A stretch of DNA of 64,000 nt from Octopus bimaculoides. Its lineage: Eukaryota. Made by a program: the position numbers and the translations under genes. Location: NCBI RefSeq assembly GCF_001194135.2, contig NC_068994.1:22194834-22258833 (forward strand), written 5' to 3'. The notes beneath the pieces are model-generated. The model searched no databases, had not been told where the DNA came from, and was given only the letters and a program-made list of their open reading frames with translations. Below are positions 36,731 through 48,942 of this stretch, piece by piece; the first letter of the stretch is position 1; every line of letters starts with the position of its first letter.

Positions 36731-37726
36731 ATGCTTCAACACACGAACTCACACAAAGAATCTTGCAAACCAAATCCAACAATGAAATAATGTAGCTAGA
36801 GAATTTATTAATTTAATCGCCAGGGCATAAGTACAGAAAAATACTGAATAGGAACTGTGTTAAGGTTAGTTATTCAACTGGCAAAAATTCCGGGTTATAA
36901 TGCTGCAAAAGTGAATAGAAGAGAAATGATCATGCAACTGTAGAATTCGTGAGAACTGTCTACTAGACGGTAACTGTTTGGCAAAGTCGATAGTATACAG
37001 TGCAAAGGTTGAATCAAACAGTAGTGATGAACCTAAAACATATTCACGAGAAAAAGCACTCCATTCAAAAACCGTTATTACAACCATAAACATTCATTTG
37101 TCATTCCCGACAGAAAATGTGCAACAACTTTGTTGACGTCTATATGGTTCTTGCGTGAGACAAGTGTAACGATGATATGTTGCAAATAAACGTGAGGAAA
37201 CAAATATGTTATTTTTTGTAATGGCCATTTATTTACATCGTTACAGTATAAGATAAACTTCTTCGAGTTGTTATTTGTAAATTGTTTGCCGTTCTGTTAT
37301 CCTTTCTGTAGGTAATGAACTTCAACTGTGAGTGGCTGCTAGAAGACTGTTGGAAAAAGGAGATAGAGAAATAGTAAAAAAATTGAGACAAGTAGAGAGG
37401 GTAAGCGCTGTGTAGTCCCTCGCATAAGGTGCTTCCGCCGTCGGCGCCGAAAGAGAGAAGGAAGAACTGAATTTGGTTATCGTTAACTGAATTTGGTTAT
37501 ATGTGCTGAAAAGCTGGATGGAGGTAAGAAAACATTGGAAAGTAATGGGTTTATCTCTTTTGCACTGTATTTAATCCAAAAATGTTAACTTAAACAATAA
37601 TACTTAATTAAGTGTGATAATTGACTTACATGAATTTCTAGGTGCAAAAGCCAAGAAGAATAGGAAGGGGACAGGTAGAAAAATGTAAATTCGGTTTCGT
37701 AAATTCCTGGCTTAGTTTCTAGGAAG

Positions 37727-37940
37727 CTATTCGTTACACAACTTCTCGTAAATTCAAGATTACTTGGTCTATTGTAGATAATGCGCAACCATACGACTAC
37801 GGGAGTTTCAAATCAAAAATGCAGTGTGGCATTTGTTTGAACGAAAAACTGAGAATTTTAACTCAAGGCACAACTAATTTGAACAAAAGAGCTGAACTGT
37901 TAATGCCTTGTATGCATGCGACTAAGTATCTTTTATGCAA
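37727..37940 (+). mobile_element. Penelope-like element, GIY-YIG C-terminal fragment
   Basis: KFKITWSIVDNAQPY..CGICLNEKLRIL..LNKRAELLMPCMHATKYLL, paralleling the 48.2-kb copy. Confidence 0.7.
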
Positions 37941-38075
37941 GCACAAATCTCCTTCAATTTCATTTTTGTTCAGAAAAAAACATTCGTTTTCGAAATATTT
38001 AATTAATAGGTTTTATTGATATATGTCTCCATGTGCGTGCGTGTCTATATTTATGCATATGTACATAGGCATGTG

Positions 38076-38107
<32 letters not shown>

Positions 38108-38240
38108 TGTATGTATGTATGTATGTATGTATGTATGTATGCATGTATTTATATATAAGTAGAAAAAGAAAATGGAGATTGAGAAGTTAATAATTGTTTA
38201 TTATTAACAGCAAATTAATCCTCATTCCTTACAGCTGTTT

Positions 38241-38488
38241 CAGTAAATATTAAGTAAATATTAAATTTATATGACCTGGGCATAATATCTTCAGAGCAAA
38301 AAAATACCCTTCGATGTTTTATATGTGTCTATGGATTCATTATAGCAGACTGAATGATAGTCTGCTATAATGACTCAATCTGTTATAATGAATCCATAAA
38401 CACATATAAAACATCCAAGGATATATTTTTTTTCCTTCTGAAGATATGCTCAGGTCATATGAATTCAATATTTACTTAATATTTACTG
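38241..38488. repeat. ~250-bp imperfect inverted repeat with adjacent HHR-like 3' half
   Basis: Arms CAGTAAATATTAAGTAAATATT... / ...AATATTTACTTAATATTTACTG; central perfect 14-bp hairpin. Minus strand continues GAAA CAGCTG TA. Confidence 0.85.
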
Positions 38489-39799
38489 AGTATTAANNNN
38501 NNNNNNNNNNNNNNNNNNNNNNNNNNNNNNNNNNNNNNNNNNNNNNNNNNNNNNNNNNNNNNNNNNNNNNNNNNNNNNNNNNNNNNNNNNNNNNNNNNNN
38601 NNNNNNNNNNNNNNNNNNNNNNNNNNNNNNNNNNNNNNNNNNNNNNNNNNNNNNNNNNNNNNNNNNNNNNNNNNNNNNNNNNNNNNNNNNNNNNNNNNNN
38701 NNNNNNNNNNNNNNNNNNNNNNNNNNNNNNNNNNNNNNNNNNNNNNNNNNNNNNNNNATATATATATATATATAGAATAAGAAGAAAAAAGGAAAATCTT
38801 TTTTTGCAGCTAATTCTTTATTAGGCACAAAGGCCCGAAACACAGAATGGACGGCACAAGGACAGACAGAACAATACAAGTGGGGACAAAAACAAGAAAC
38901 GGATGAAAGGTGAAATTATATAAAATGAAGGTGAGATGGCCACTCAAACCCCACTCTCGGGTGGTTACATTTAACTGTTTTTGTCTTCAGTTTTTAACAA
39001 ATTTTCATCATTAAAAATTTACTAGTTCAGATACTGTATTATGTCTTTGCATCCACGACGGGAGGTAGGGCTTCGTATTCCACCTACTCTCCCAAAAGGT
39101 CAGCTAGTAAATCAAATGTTTCTTCTAACCCTGTGCACCTCTCTCAGTCGACCAAAAAACCTTTTTTGCAGCGCACCTAATTAGTGCTCTATAAAAGCAA
39201 AATATAATATAAATCAAAGTAGATGACGCATTTTCGTAGGTCAAGTTCGTTTATCGTGGGAATACAAAATACATAAAAAGTTCATCGAGATAGTAGGTTT
39301 CAAGCGCTCCAATATTACAATCCAAAGAAAAGCAGAAGTACAAAACCTTACGATCGTTTCGAATAATGCGTTTGTATTGAGCGAATTTTCCAGCCGATGC
39401 AAATAGTCGCATTTTTCTGATCAGAGGTACAAAGAAATCGATTAAAATGGTTTTAAAATTTGAGAAAACTTAAAATATCTCCTACTTACAGAACTTGAAA
39501 TCATATCGAGTAATGTTATATTTTTATAAAAGGTTATTTTATTTTTTTAAAAGTTCGCAAGGATATAGAAAAAGGCTTTGTGAAGTAAAAATGTTTGATT
39601 TTTTTTATTGCCCACCAAGAGCTAACACAAATGGGACATTACAATCTGAGGGGTCAGATACAACGATATGATATTTACATAAAAATGCGGTTAAAAATTA
39701 AATATAACACATGCAACGAATGATGACAACACAACAGACAACACAGATGGAGTGGTGTTTGGAGTTCAGCTCCGACCTCACGAGCCCCAATTCGTCACT

Positions 39800-42700
39800 G
39801 ATACTTGTAAGACACCTTTTGGCATATTCACACGGTTACGTCCACTCGCAACACTCGTGCTACATATTTCTATCTTTCGTTGAACATTTTCTCCGACAGA
39901 CACCTCTTCTCCAGCTATACTTTCCTTTTCAAATGAAAAGGGAAATACCTTTGCAAGGCAAGGCCAGAGATGAAGTTGCTTGTCTTTGCTCCTTTCATCT
40001 TTGTCTTCCATACCGCTCTTTCGCTGTTGCTACTACGGTGAGAAAACAATTCTTACCTTCATTTGACAGAAAATCAGGCGGGTCAATTTTTATAATTGAC
40101 TTAGTCTATAGCCGTATTTTTCTTGTACCAGACAACAGATGTTCCGCATAAGCCCACATCTCCTACACCTCTGGACACTGAACAATAGCGTGCGGGACGG
40201 TTTCCATATCCCGCTCACATTTTGGGCAGGTCGACGTGTCGCATTGACCATGTCTTGCAAGCTTATCCCGAACAGGCAAGGTTCCTCTGTAACATTGCTA
40301 GGTCAAGGACTTTTGGAAGTTATCCAGCGTCCTCAACCCAANNNNNNNNNNNNNNNNNNNNNNNNNNNNNNNNNNNNNNNNNNNNNNNNNNNNNNNNNNN
40401 NNNNNNNNNNNNNNNNNNNNNNNNNNNNNNNNNNNNNNNNNNNNNNNNNNNNNNNNNNNNNNNNNNNNNNNNNNNNNNNNNNNNNNNNNNNNNNNNNNNN
40501 NNNNNNNNNNNNNNNNNNNNNNNNNNNNNNNNNNNNNNNNNNNNNNNNNNNNNNNNNNNNNNNNNNNNNNNNNNNNNNNNNNNNNNNNNNNNNNNNNNNN
40601 NNNNNNNNNNNNNNNNNNNNNNNNNNNNNNNNNNNNNNNNNNNNNNNNNNNNNNNNNNNNNNNNNNNNNNNNNNNNNNNNNNNNNNNNNNNNNNNNNNNN
40701 NNNNNNNNNNNNNNNNNNNNNNNNNNNNNNNNNNNNNNNNNNNNNNNNNNNNNNNNNNNNNNNNNNNNNNNNNNNNNNNNNNNNNNNNNNNNNNNNNNNN
40801 NNNNNNNNNNNNNNNNNNNNNNNNNNNNNNNNNNNNNNNNNNNNNNNNNNNNNNNNNNNNNNNNNNNNNNNNNNNNNNNNNNNNNNNNNNNNNNNNNNNN
40901 NNNNNNNNNNNNNNNNNNNNNNNNNNNNNNNNNNNNNNNNNNNNNNNNNNNNNNNNNNNNNNNNNCCTGGAGGTCCGGACCAAACCAGACCCCTAGCAAC
41001 TTAACAGGGCCCTCCTCCAACGTCCTACGACGCTGTCTGAAGGCATCGACTTGCCCCTCTAGGTGCCGAGTTGCAAGCCGACTGATTTTTCCCGGTTAAT
41101 CTTTGCACCTGCTACCGTCTCGTAAACCTCAATAGCCTTTCCTGCCCTCTGTAGGTGTTCCATTTTGGTCACGCTGATGGTGATGTCATCCGCATAAGCT
41201 GAAACCGATTCTCCACATCCTGGCTCTCTCGGGATGCCACTGAACCTTTGCAGTAACGGCCCAAGAGCCATCACATACAAAAGTGGTGAGAGTGGGCACC
41301 CTTGGCGAACCGAGCGTTTGATGCAGAACGGTCTTGATAGAAAACCGTTCATCCGAACGATCGACTCAATGTTTTTATACAATTGAATTATCCACCTAAG
41401 GAAGCCAAGACCTGGCCGAACTGTGTAAGAACAGCCACCAGGTAGTGATGGTCAACCCTATCGAAAGCTTTAGATTGGTCTAAATGTACCAATGCCCCAC
41501 CTTTGCCAGATTTACTCCCGAACCCCTCTAAGGTGTAGCGGAGAAGGTAGAGATTGTCCTGGATGCTTCTGCCGGGAATGGCACACATTTGTGCCTCCCC
41601 GATCAGACCATCCGTGACACGCGCCAACCTTTTTGCTAACACCTTGGCCAAAATCTTCACTTCTGTGTTTAGCAGAGTGATGGGCCAGAAATTATCCATA
41701 CGATTCCCCTTGTCCTTTCTGATCAGTGTCACCACTCCCCGGCGCACAAATCTGGGAATAAACCCATTTTGTTGCCAGTTCGCGTACACACTAGCTAGTA
41801 GGTGCTCGAACAAGTCTGGCATACATTTATATAACTTGTAGGTAAGTCCCGGTGACTTACCTACGCCACAGTCTGCCACAGCCTCAATCACTTCCTCGGG
41901 TGTGATCGGGCCTTCACAAGACTCCGTATCTCGCCCCGAGAGGCGCGGCAGCCCGGCAAGGAAGTCCGCAAGGTCCCACCCGCCATCCGGTCCATCGCTC
42001 CCCCAGAAAAGCTAGGCGAAGTGCTCCTGAAAAGCCTCTCACATTTTCTCGGGTTCGTTTATCAACACACCTTGATGATTTACCAAAGATCGAACTGTGG
42101 AATCATTTCCACGTTGAGCTTCCACCACTCGGTGGATCAGAGCTCGCAGGACCAGAGCCGGTAGTCCTTCAAAAATTGAAGGTAAAAAGTCTTTTCTTAT
42201 GGTCCCTACAGAGTCCCTAAAGGTATTACTTAGGACTCTGTAATTTTTGAAGTTTATTTCATAAATATTGTAGTTATTGTATTTATAGGAATGTTCGTCT
42301 TTCCGTTTGGCAGTTTTAATAGACTTCACACTTCTTACGAGTTCATTCTTGACTGTTTTTATGGCTACTAAGCCCTTATCCTCTTTCTTTTTTCTTTTCG
42401 CCGTCTTCTTCGGCTTCTTGTCTGATGGTACTGTTTTGGGTGGTGCAGTAGGGTGTATCTTTCTTTTGTTTCCCGCTTGGTTCTCCGTTTTCTTTTCCTC
42501 TTCCTCCTCTTCTTCTTCTTCTGGAAGGTCGCACTCAGCACGGATGTGCCCCAGTTCACCGCACCGGAAACACCGCGGCTTTCGACCCTCCACGAACACT
42601 ATGAGGTTTTCGTCCCCTATCTCTATCTTTTCGGGGATCTCCTCTAACGTTTACGACATGGCTTGAATTATTAGATTGAGCGTTTGCCCATGCCAATTTT

Positions 42701-43330
42701 GTTTCACCGTGACCGACGCCTGGAGGAGTATAATCTTCTCCTCTAGGTTCATGGCATCCACTTCTGGTGGGATTCTTCCGATTCGCACCTTCGATATTCT
42801 TCTCCCCATGTACAGAGGGAGGAGAGCCGTTTTTAAGGTTTCTATCGAATGGTGTTTAGTTTTCTCCACGTTCACCATTCGAACCTCCACAGTGCCGAAC
42901 CTTTTGGCTCGAGTGATATATTCAATATCACTCCAAATTATTTTGAGACATTTTTCAACTGTCTCTTCCGACACTCTGTCCATCTTTCGGCTTTTCAAAT
43001 TATAAGTTTTGTAGATCAATGTTTTCATTTTCTCTTCTTGCAAAATTTTCTCCGGTGGTTCGACTTTCACAATGTTGCCCTCTTTTTGTTACATTTCTTG
43101 GTATTTCTTTAATTCTTTTTTTTTTCTCTGTAGTAAGTTGCTTGGTTCGGCCTCTGGCTGACATAACAAATCTTTTCCTTTCTGTTTCGTCACTTTGTAC
43201 GCTGGGTGCGTCAACAATTCTTGTCGATACTATGCTTTCTTATAATGAAGCCTTTTTTTTTTTTTGATGACCTTGATGGAGTTCCAGGTGAGAGTCTTGG
43301 CTACTCTTCCGAGATTCCATATCAAACATG
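39800..43330 (-). mobile_element. Tx1/L1-like LINE with ORF1 (RRM-like + CCHC) and RT, endonuclease deleted, gap inside
   Basis: ORF1 CFRCGELGHIRAEC; RT PITLLNTEVKILAKVLAKRL, LDQSKAFDRVDH, SVRQGCPLSPLLY, AYADDITI; C-terminal CPKCERDMETVPHA. Confidence 0.92.
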
Positions 43331-44424
43331 GTGGCATTCGCCATGATAGATCGGCATTCACCATGATAGATCGCTAGCACTAAACCTTTTTCTATTTTCT
43401 CTTCCTGTTTATTTCTGTGTTCCTTTCTGTCGACGAGCGTAGGTTCGAAACGTAAAAGACTTTCTCACTTCCCGAGCGTTAAACTAATACATCTGTTTGT
43501 TGTTTACACACCCGTCTTCGTCTTTCGTTTTTTTTTTTTTTGTAAATTCTCACTATATATATTTTTATATATATATATATGAGGGAAAAAAGAAAATAGA
43601 GAAATTGACATATAGACATCAGTATATTTAAAGATATTCAAACCAATATAATACGAAATTCTTATCCCCACAGCCGTTTACATAGCCAATTAATTCAACT
43701 GGAGAAATTAANNNNNNNNNNNNNNNNNNNNNNNNNNNNNNNNNNNNNNNNNNNNNNNNNNNNNNNNNNNNNNNNNNNNNNNNNNNNNNNNNNNNNNNNN
43801 NNNNNNNNNNNNNNNNNNNNNNNNNNNNNNNNNNNNNNNNNNNNNNNNNNNNNNNNNNNNNNNNNNNNNNNNNNNNNNNNNNNNNNNNNNNNNNNNNNNN
43901 NNNNNNNNNNNNNNNNNNNNNNNNNNNNNNNNNNNNNNNNNNNNNNNNNNNNNNNNNNNNNNNNNNNNNNNNNNNNNNNNNNNNNNNNNNNNNNNNNNNN
44001 NNNNNNNNNNNNNNNNNNNNNNNNNNNNNNNNNNNNNNNNNNNNNNNNNNNNNNNNNNNNNNNNNNNNNNNNNNNNNNNNNNNNNNNNNNNNNNNNNNNN
44101 NNNNNNNNNNNNNNNNNNNNNNNNNNNNNNNNNNNNNNNNNNNNNNNNNNNNNNNNNNNNNNNNNNNNNNNNNNNNNNNNNNNNNNNNNNNNNNNNNNNN
44201 NNNNNNNNNNNNNNNNNNNNNNNNNNNNNNNNNNNNNNNNNNNNNNNNNNNNNNNNNNNNNNNNNNNNNNNNNNNNNNNNNNNNNNNNNNNNNNNNNNNN
44301 NNNNNNNNNNNNNNNNNNNNNNNNNNNNNNNNNNNNNNNNNNNNNNNNNNNNNNNNNNNNNNNNTATACACGCACACTTAGACTACCACGAAGTATACAT
44401 ACATACATACATACATACATGCAT

Positions 44425-44693
44425 ATGTCCTTTTTTTGTTCCCAACTTTGACCCTCCATAAATCCAAAATTTTATTTGGGAATTTATGGGAGCAACTGTC
44501 TTCGAAGACACATATTGTCGTTGAATGCTCGAAATGAGGAGTAGATAGACAGCCAACAAGTGATGAAGGGTCGTTTTCTGCGTTACTTGTCTTGTTTTCC
44601 AATTTTCTTTCGTTATTTTTTACGTATTTAACTTATTTGTTTTCGTACTTCATGTTGTTTACACAGTTGATGACGTCCTGTACCCATATATGC

Positions 44694-44757
<64 letters not shown>

Positions 44758-44780
44758 ATGTATGTATGTATGTATATATT

Positions 44781-44813
<33 letters not shown>

Positions 44814-45450
44814 TATTTACATTATTATTTAATTGAACGCCATGCATCCATTTCCAAGTAAGTTTATCTCAGGCTTTCTGATGCGACTCTACTCCAAACT
44901 GTTTTCTCCTCCATCTTTCTCTAATTTCCTTTTTCTCCCCTTCACCTTTTTCTATGTCTCTCTCTCTCTCCCTCGTTCTCTTTTTCTGTCTCTCCTTTCT
45001 CACACATGACCATCGACCATCTTTCATTTCCTGCACGACGTTCTAAGATTAGATGTTCTCTTTCTCTCCAATCTTTTCTCTTTTCAAAGAAAATATTTCT
45101 CCCAGCGTTCACTATTTTCCTCTCGTTCTGGTGTAAGAACCCCCTATGTTTGTTTCCGTTCGGTTTCCTTGTATGTCTCCACTGTCCTGTTTTTGTTCAT
45201 TACTTTCATCTTCCATAAATCCAAAATTTTATCGTAAAATTTATGGGAGCAACTATCTTCGAAGACTCATATTGTTGTTGAATACTCGAAATGAGGAGTA
45301 GATAGATAGCCGACAACTGATGAAGGGTCGTTCTCTGTGTTACTTATCTTGATTTCCATTTTTTCTTTCATTGTTTGCGCATTTAAGTCGTTTGTTTTCA
45401 TATTTCATGTTGTTTACACAGTTGGTGTCGTCCTGTACCCGTATATATAT

Positions 45451-45517
<67 letters not shown>

Positions 45518-46470
45518 AGGATAAGATCGATATTTAAAATATTGATTTTATCAAGTGGCCAGCATGGGAATAAAAACCATCAAAGGTAATAATTATTTAA
45601 AATTATAATACAGGGTATCTAAGAGATACCGCCACGCTGAAAAATAGCAGTCAAAACCTGACTCTAAAACCACAATAAATGTCCACATAGCACAAGGAGG
45701 TTTTGACTGCTATTTTTCAGCGTGGCGGTATCTCTTAGATACCCTGTATTATAATTTTAAATATATATATATACGTAGGTATGTATGTATGTATTCACAC
45801 ATATATATATTCACATATATAAATATTATTCATATTATTATTTAACTGAACGCATCCATTTCCAAGTAAGTTTATCTTAAACTTTTTGATGCTACTCTAC
45901 TCCATACTGTTTTCTCCCCATCCTTTGCTAATTCCCTTTTTCTCTCCTTCACCGTTTTCTATGTCTATCTTTCTCCCCCTCTTTCTCTTTTCTGTTTCTC
46001 GTTGCTCACATGCGACCATCGACCATCTTTCTTTTCCTGCACGACATTCTAAGATCGGACGTTTTCTTTCTCTCTCTTCAATCTTTTCTCTTTTCAAAGA
46101 AAATATTTCTCCCAGCGTTCACTATTTTCTTCTCGTTCATGTGTAAAGACCGTTCATGTGTAAAGACCGTCCATGTTTGTTTTCGTTCGGTTTCGTTGTA
46201 TGTCTCCACTGTCTTGTTTTTGTTCCCAACTTTGTCCCTCCATAAATCCAAAATTTTATCTTAGAATTTATGGGAACAACTGTCTTCGAAGACTCATATT
46301 ATCGTTGAATACTCGAAATGAGGAGTAGATAGACAGTCGACAACTGAAGAAGAGTTGTTCTCTGTGTCACTTGTCCTGTTTTCCATTTTTCATCTCATTG
46401 TTTGCGTATTTAACTCGTTTGTTTTGGTACTTCATGTTGTTTACACAGTTGGTGACGTCCTATACCCATA
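44425..46470 (+). repeat. Three head-to-tail copies of a ~650-bp unit (44425-44690 partial, 44810-45445, 45820-46470) separated by microsatellites
   Basis: Shared blocks such as CCATAAATCCAAAATTTTAT and CTCGAAATGAGGAGTAGATAGA in all three copies. Confidence 0.9.
45594..45763. repeat. Perfect 66-bp inverted repeat with 38-nt loop
   Basis: 45594-45659 is the exact reverse complement of 45698-45763 (checked base by base). Confidence 0.95.
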
Positions 46471-46489
46471 CATACATACATACATACAT

Positions 46490-47450
46490 GATGGCCGTCC
46501 ACTCGTGACCGAGGAACACCATTGCCGACCTTCAGGAACATTGTGCGCTCTAGCACTAACTTATATTTTGCATTTGCGGCTCCGTTGGTGGCTAATGAGC
46601 TCTGCTCTTGACAAGCATACACGACTGCAAACATTGCAGACCAAGCTTTTCGCATTCACTATACGAGCCGTGCGCTTTCGCGCAGCTCGCTTAAGTTCTT
46701 CATGTTGGTTGCATGCTCTCTCAAAAGTGTCGATCCCCTCCTTAACCTGCTTCCTCCATCTGTGGCGATGACAGGCATTGTTCTCCCAGTCAGTGTCCTG
46801 CATATCACAGGCCTTTAATGAGGACTTGACACAGTCTTTAAATCGCAGCCTTGGTTTCTGTTGGAGTCTCCTTCCATTCACAAGTTCTCCATATAGCATC
46901 TGCTAAGGAATCCTGCTATCCTTCATTCTAATAAGGTGTCCAGTCCAACGTAATCAGTGCTTGTGCACCATTGCCTCAATACTCAAGATATCAGCTGTCC
47001 TCAGGACCTGTGTGTCTGGAATTTTTTAGGTCCAGCCAACACTGAGAATGTGTCTGAGACATCTCTGATGAAATCGTTCAAGGACCCTTACCTGACATTT
47101 ATACAGAGTCAATGTCTCAAATGAGTAGATGAGCGATGTCAGTACATATGCATGGCACACAGCAACTTTTGTTTGCCTTGCGATGCCATGCTGGGACCAG
47201 ACACGAGACTGAAGAGACCGGAAGGAATTAGTTGCTCTCTGCAACCTGAAAGATATTTCCTCATCCAGGGAGCAAAAACGGCTGAGTGTGCTGCCCAGGT
47301 AGACAAACTTGTCTACTACCTTCAACCAAGATAGCTGGTTTCACACATGGATTTCCTCGTGCAGGCTGGAACATTACAACAGTCTTGTCCAGGCTAATGC
47401 TAAGTCCGAATGCCTTGCAAGAAGAAGAAATGCAATTCATGAGTATTTGC
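46490..47450 (-). mobile_element. 5'-truncated RTE-clade LINE of a second family, with C-terminal C2H2-like motif
   Basis: FGLSISLDKTVVMFQP, FVYLGSTLS, MLYGELVNGRRLQQKPRLRFKD and CNVCSRVCLSRAELISHQRS; inserted in a (TACA)n tract. Confidence 0.9.
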
Positions 47451-47505
47451 ATACATATATACATACATACATACATATATGTATATATATGTATTATATA
47501 TGTAT

Positions 47506-47536
<31 letters not shown>

Positions 47537-47569
47537 CGGTGCAACACAACACCAACGAGGTCATTACTT

Positions 47570-48400
47570 TGTTTTTGGCTAACAGCGGTAGAGCTAGGTC
47601 TACCCAATTTGATATAGTGGACTTCCACCTACTTATATCATAGGAGCTCCTGTTAAAGGTACTGAATATCGCTAGGGCCCATACTGAAGTCAACGACAAA
47701 GTCATACGTATTATCATGCACGCCAGAAGAACCCTTCTCTTCAGTGTGTGGCCTGCTTGGACCAAATGCATTGACCCAGACGGCTCCTTTAACGTGGTAA
47801 TGGGTACTTTTGACAGTGTGGACGTATGTGACCTAATCGGTCTCTTCATCCTACATATACTAAAAAAGAAACTTCCTTCAACTACTTTGGCGCGCTGACA
47901 CTATCAAGAGGGGCTAACGGCCACACGCTAGATAGGCTCAGAAAGGACCTCACAGACACTGAAGGTCATTATAGAGACCAATTTGAAAATGGTGGATTCC
48001 CATGATGTGACCCTGGATCTGGAGTCAGGTGCCTAAAGGCCCTTTAGGAAACCAAATGAGAAGTTATCTAACACAGGTTCCTGCCATCTAGCCATAATAT
48101 TCAGGAATTTCGTTAAGGGCGTCAGCAGGAGAATCTTCAGATTGTCTTCAAGATCTTTGATGATTGGGCTTTGAAAAAAAGTGCCACGGAATACAGCATA
48201 AAGTGGAAGATCCAAGAAAGATGCAGACCGTACTTCAATAGCAGCAGGAAATGCAGATTATGCCTGACTGAGAAGAGAGTGATTTTTAAAGGTACCCAAC
48301 GCCCGAATGTTTACCTGAATAGCAGGAGTGAGGTGTTTAATCCTTGCCCACATGAAGGGAAGTATATTCTATCGTACCTGCGATTGCAACCACAAGTCCC
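47570..48400 (+). mobile_element. Penelope-like element fragment (RT + GIY-YIG C-terminus, internally deleted)
   Basis: FDIVDF, IIMHARRTLLF, FNVVMGTFDSVDVCDLIGLF and YSIKWKIQERCRPY..CRLCLTEK..LNSRSEVFNPCPH. Confidence 0.85.
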
Positions 48401-48790
48401 CTGCCTCAACCTTCCGCAAACGACCTTCCACCAAACCCTTGAACCTGGCAGAAAGAGTTTGACCAAAGCACACACCAATACACCTATGTACACCCCTATA
48501 AGACGGACACCTCACAATATAAATTGTCTCCCCCCAACACATACCCCTTCACCCAAATTTACCCCGTCATATATACAGACCCACACACACACACATTACA
48601 CACCGCTACACGTACCACACATCCTATCCCCACAGAAGCACCACACTAATGGTACACACTTTCCCCACTTCAAGATAACTGTTGCCAGCTTCACAGCATA
48701 CTCAACCAAGGGATATAACTCCTAAACTAATCCCTTGGCCCCTTTTTCGTTCCACCACTGACCGATTGTGTTAATCCACCTCCAGCAATA

Positions 48791-48870
48791 CTCTGATGAG
48801 CATAAAGTTATATAATCGGTTTGTTACCTAACATCCCATTGTATTCTTTACGCGAAACCGATTGGTAAGA
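48791..48870 (+). ncRNA. Hammerhead ribozyme-like motif with extended stem II
   Basis: CTGATGA (48793-99), stem II GCATAAAG/CTTTACGC, GAAA (48854-57), stem III ACC-GATT-GGT and GUA triplet; stem I is only 2 bp. Confidence 0.55.
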
Positions 48871-48942
48871 CCAGCCGTGATGAATATCTAATACTATGAA
48901 ATATATAGATAAAATATATAAATAAATATATATATATATATA

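Noticed and set aside
39185-39240. TATAAAAG plus TGACGCA as a possible promoter
   Set aside because: No downstream exon or gene supported; such motifs are frequent by chance.
45290-45335. GAAA and CTGATGA/CTGAAGA motifs in the 650-bp tandem unit
   Set aside because: Could not build stems II and III for any hammerhead topology.
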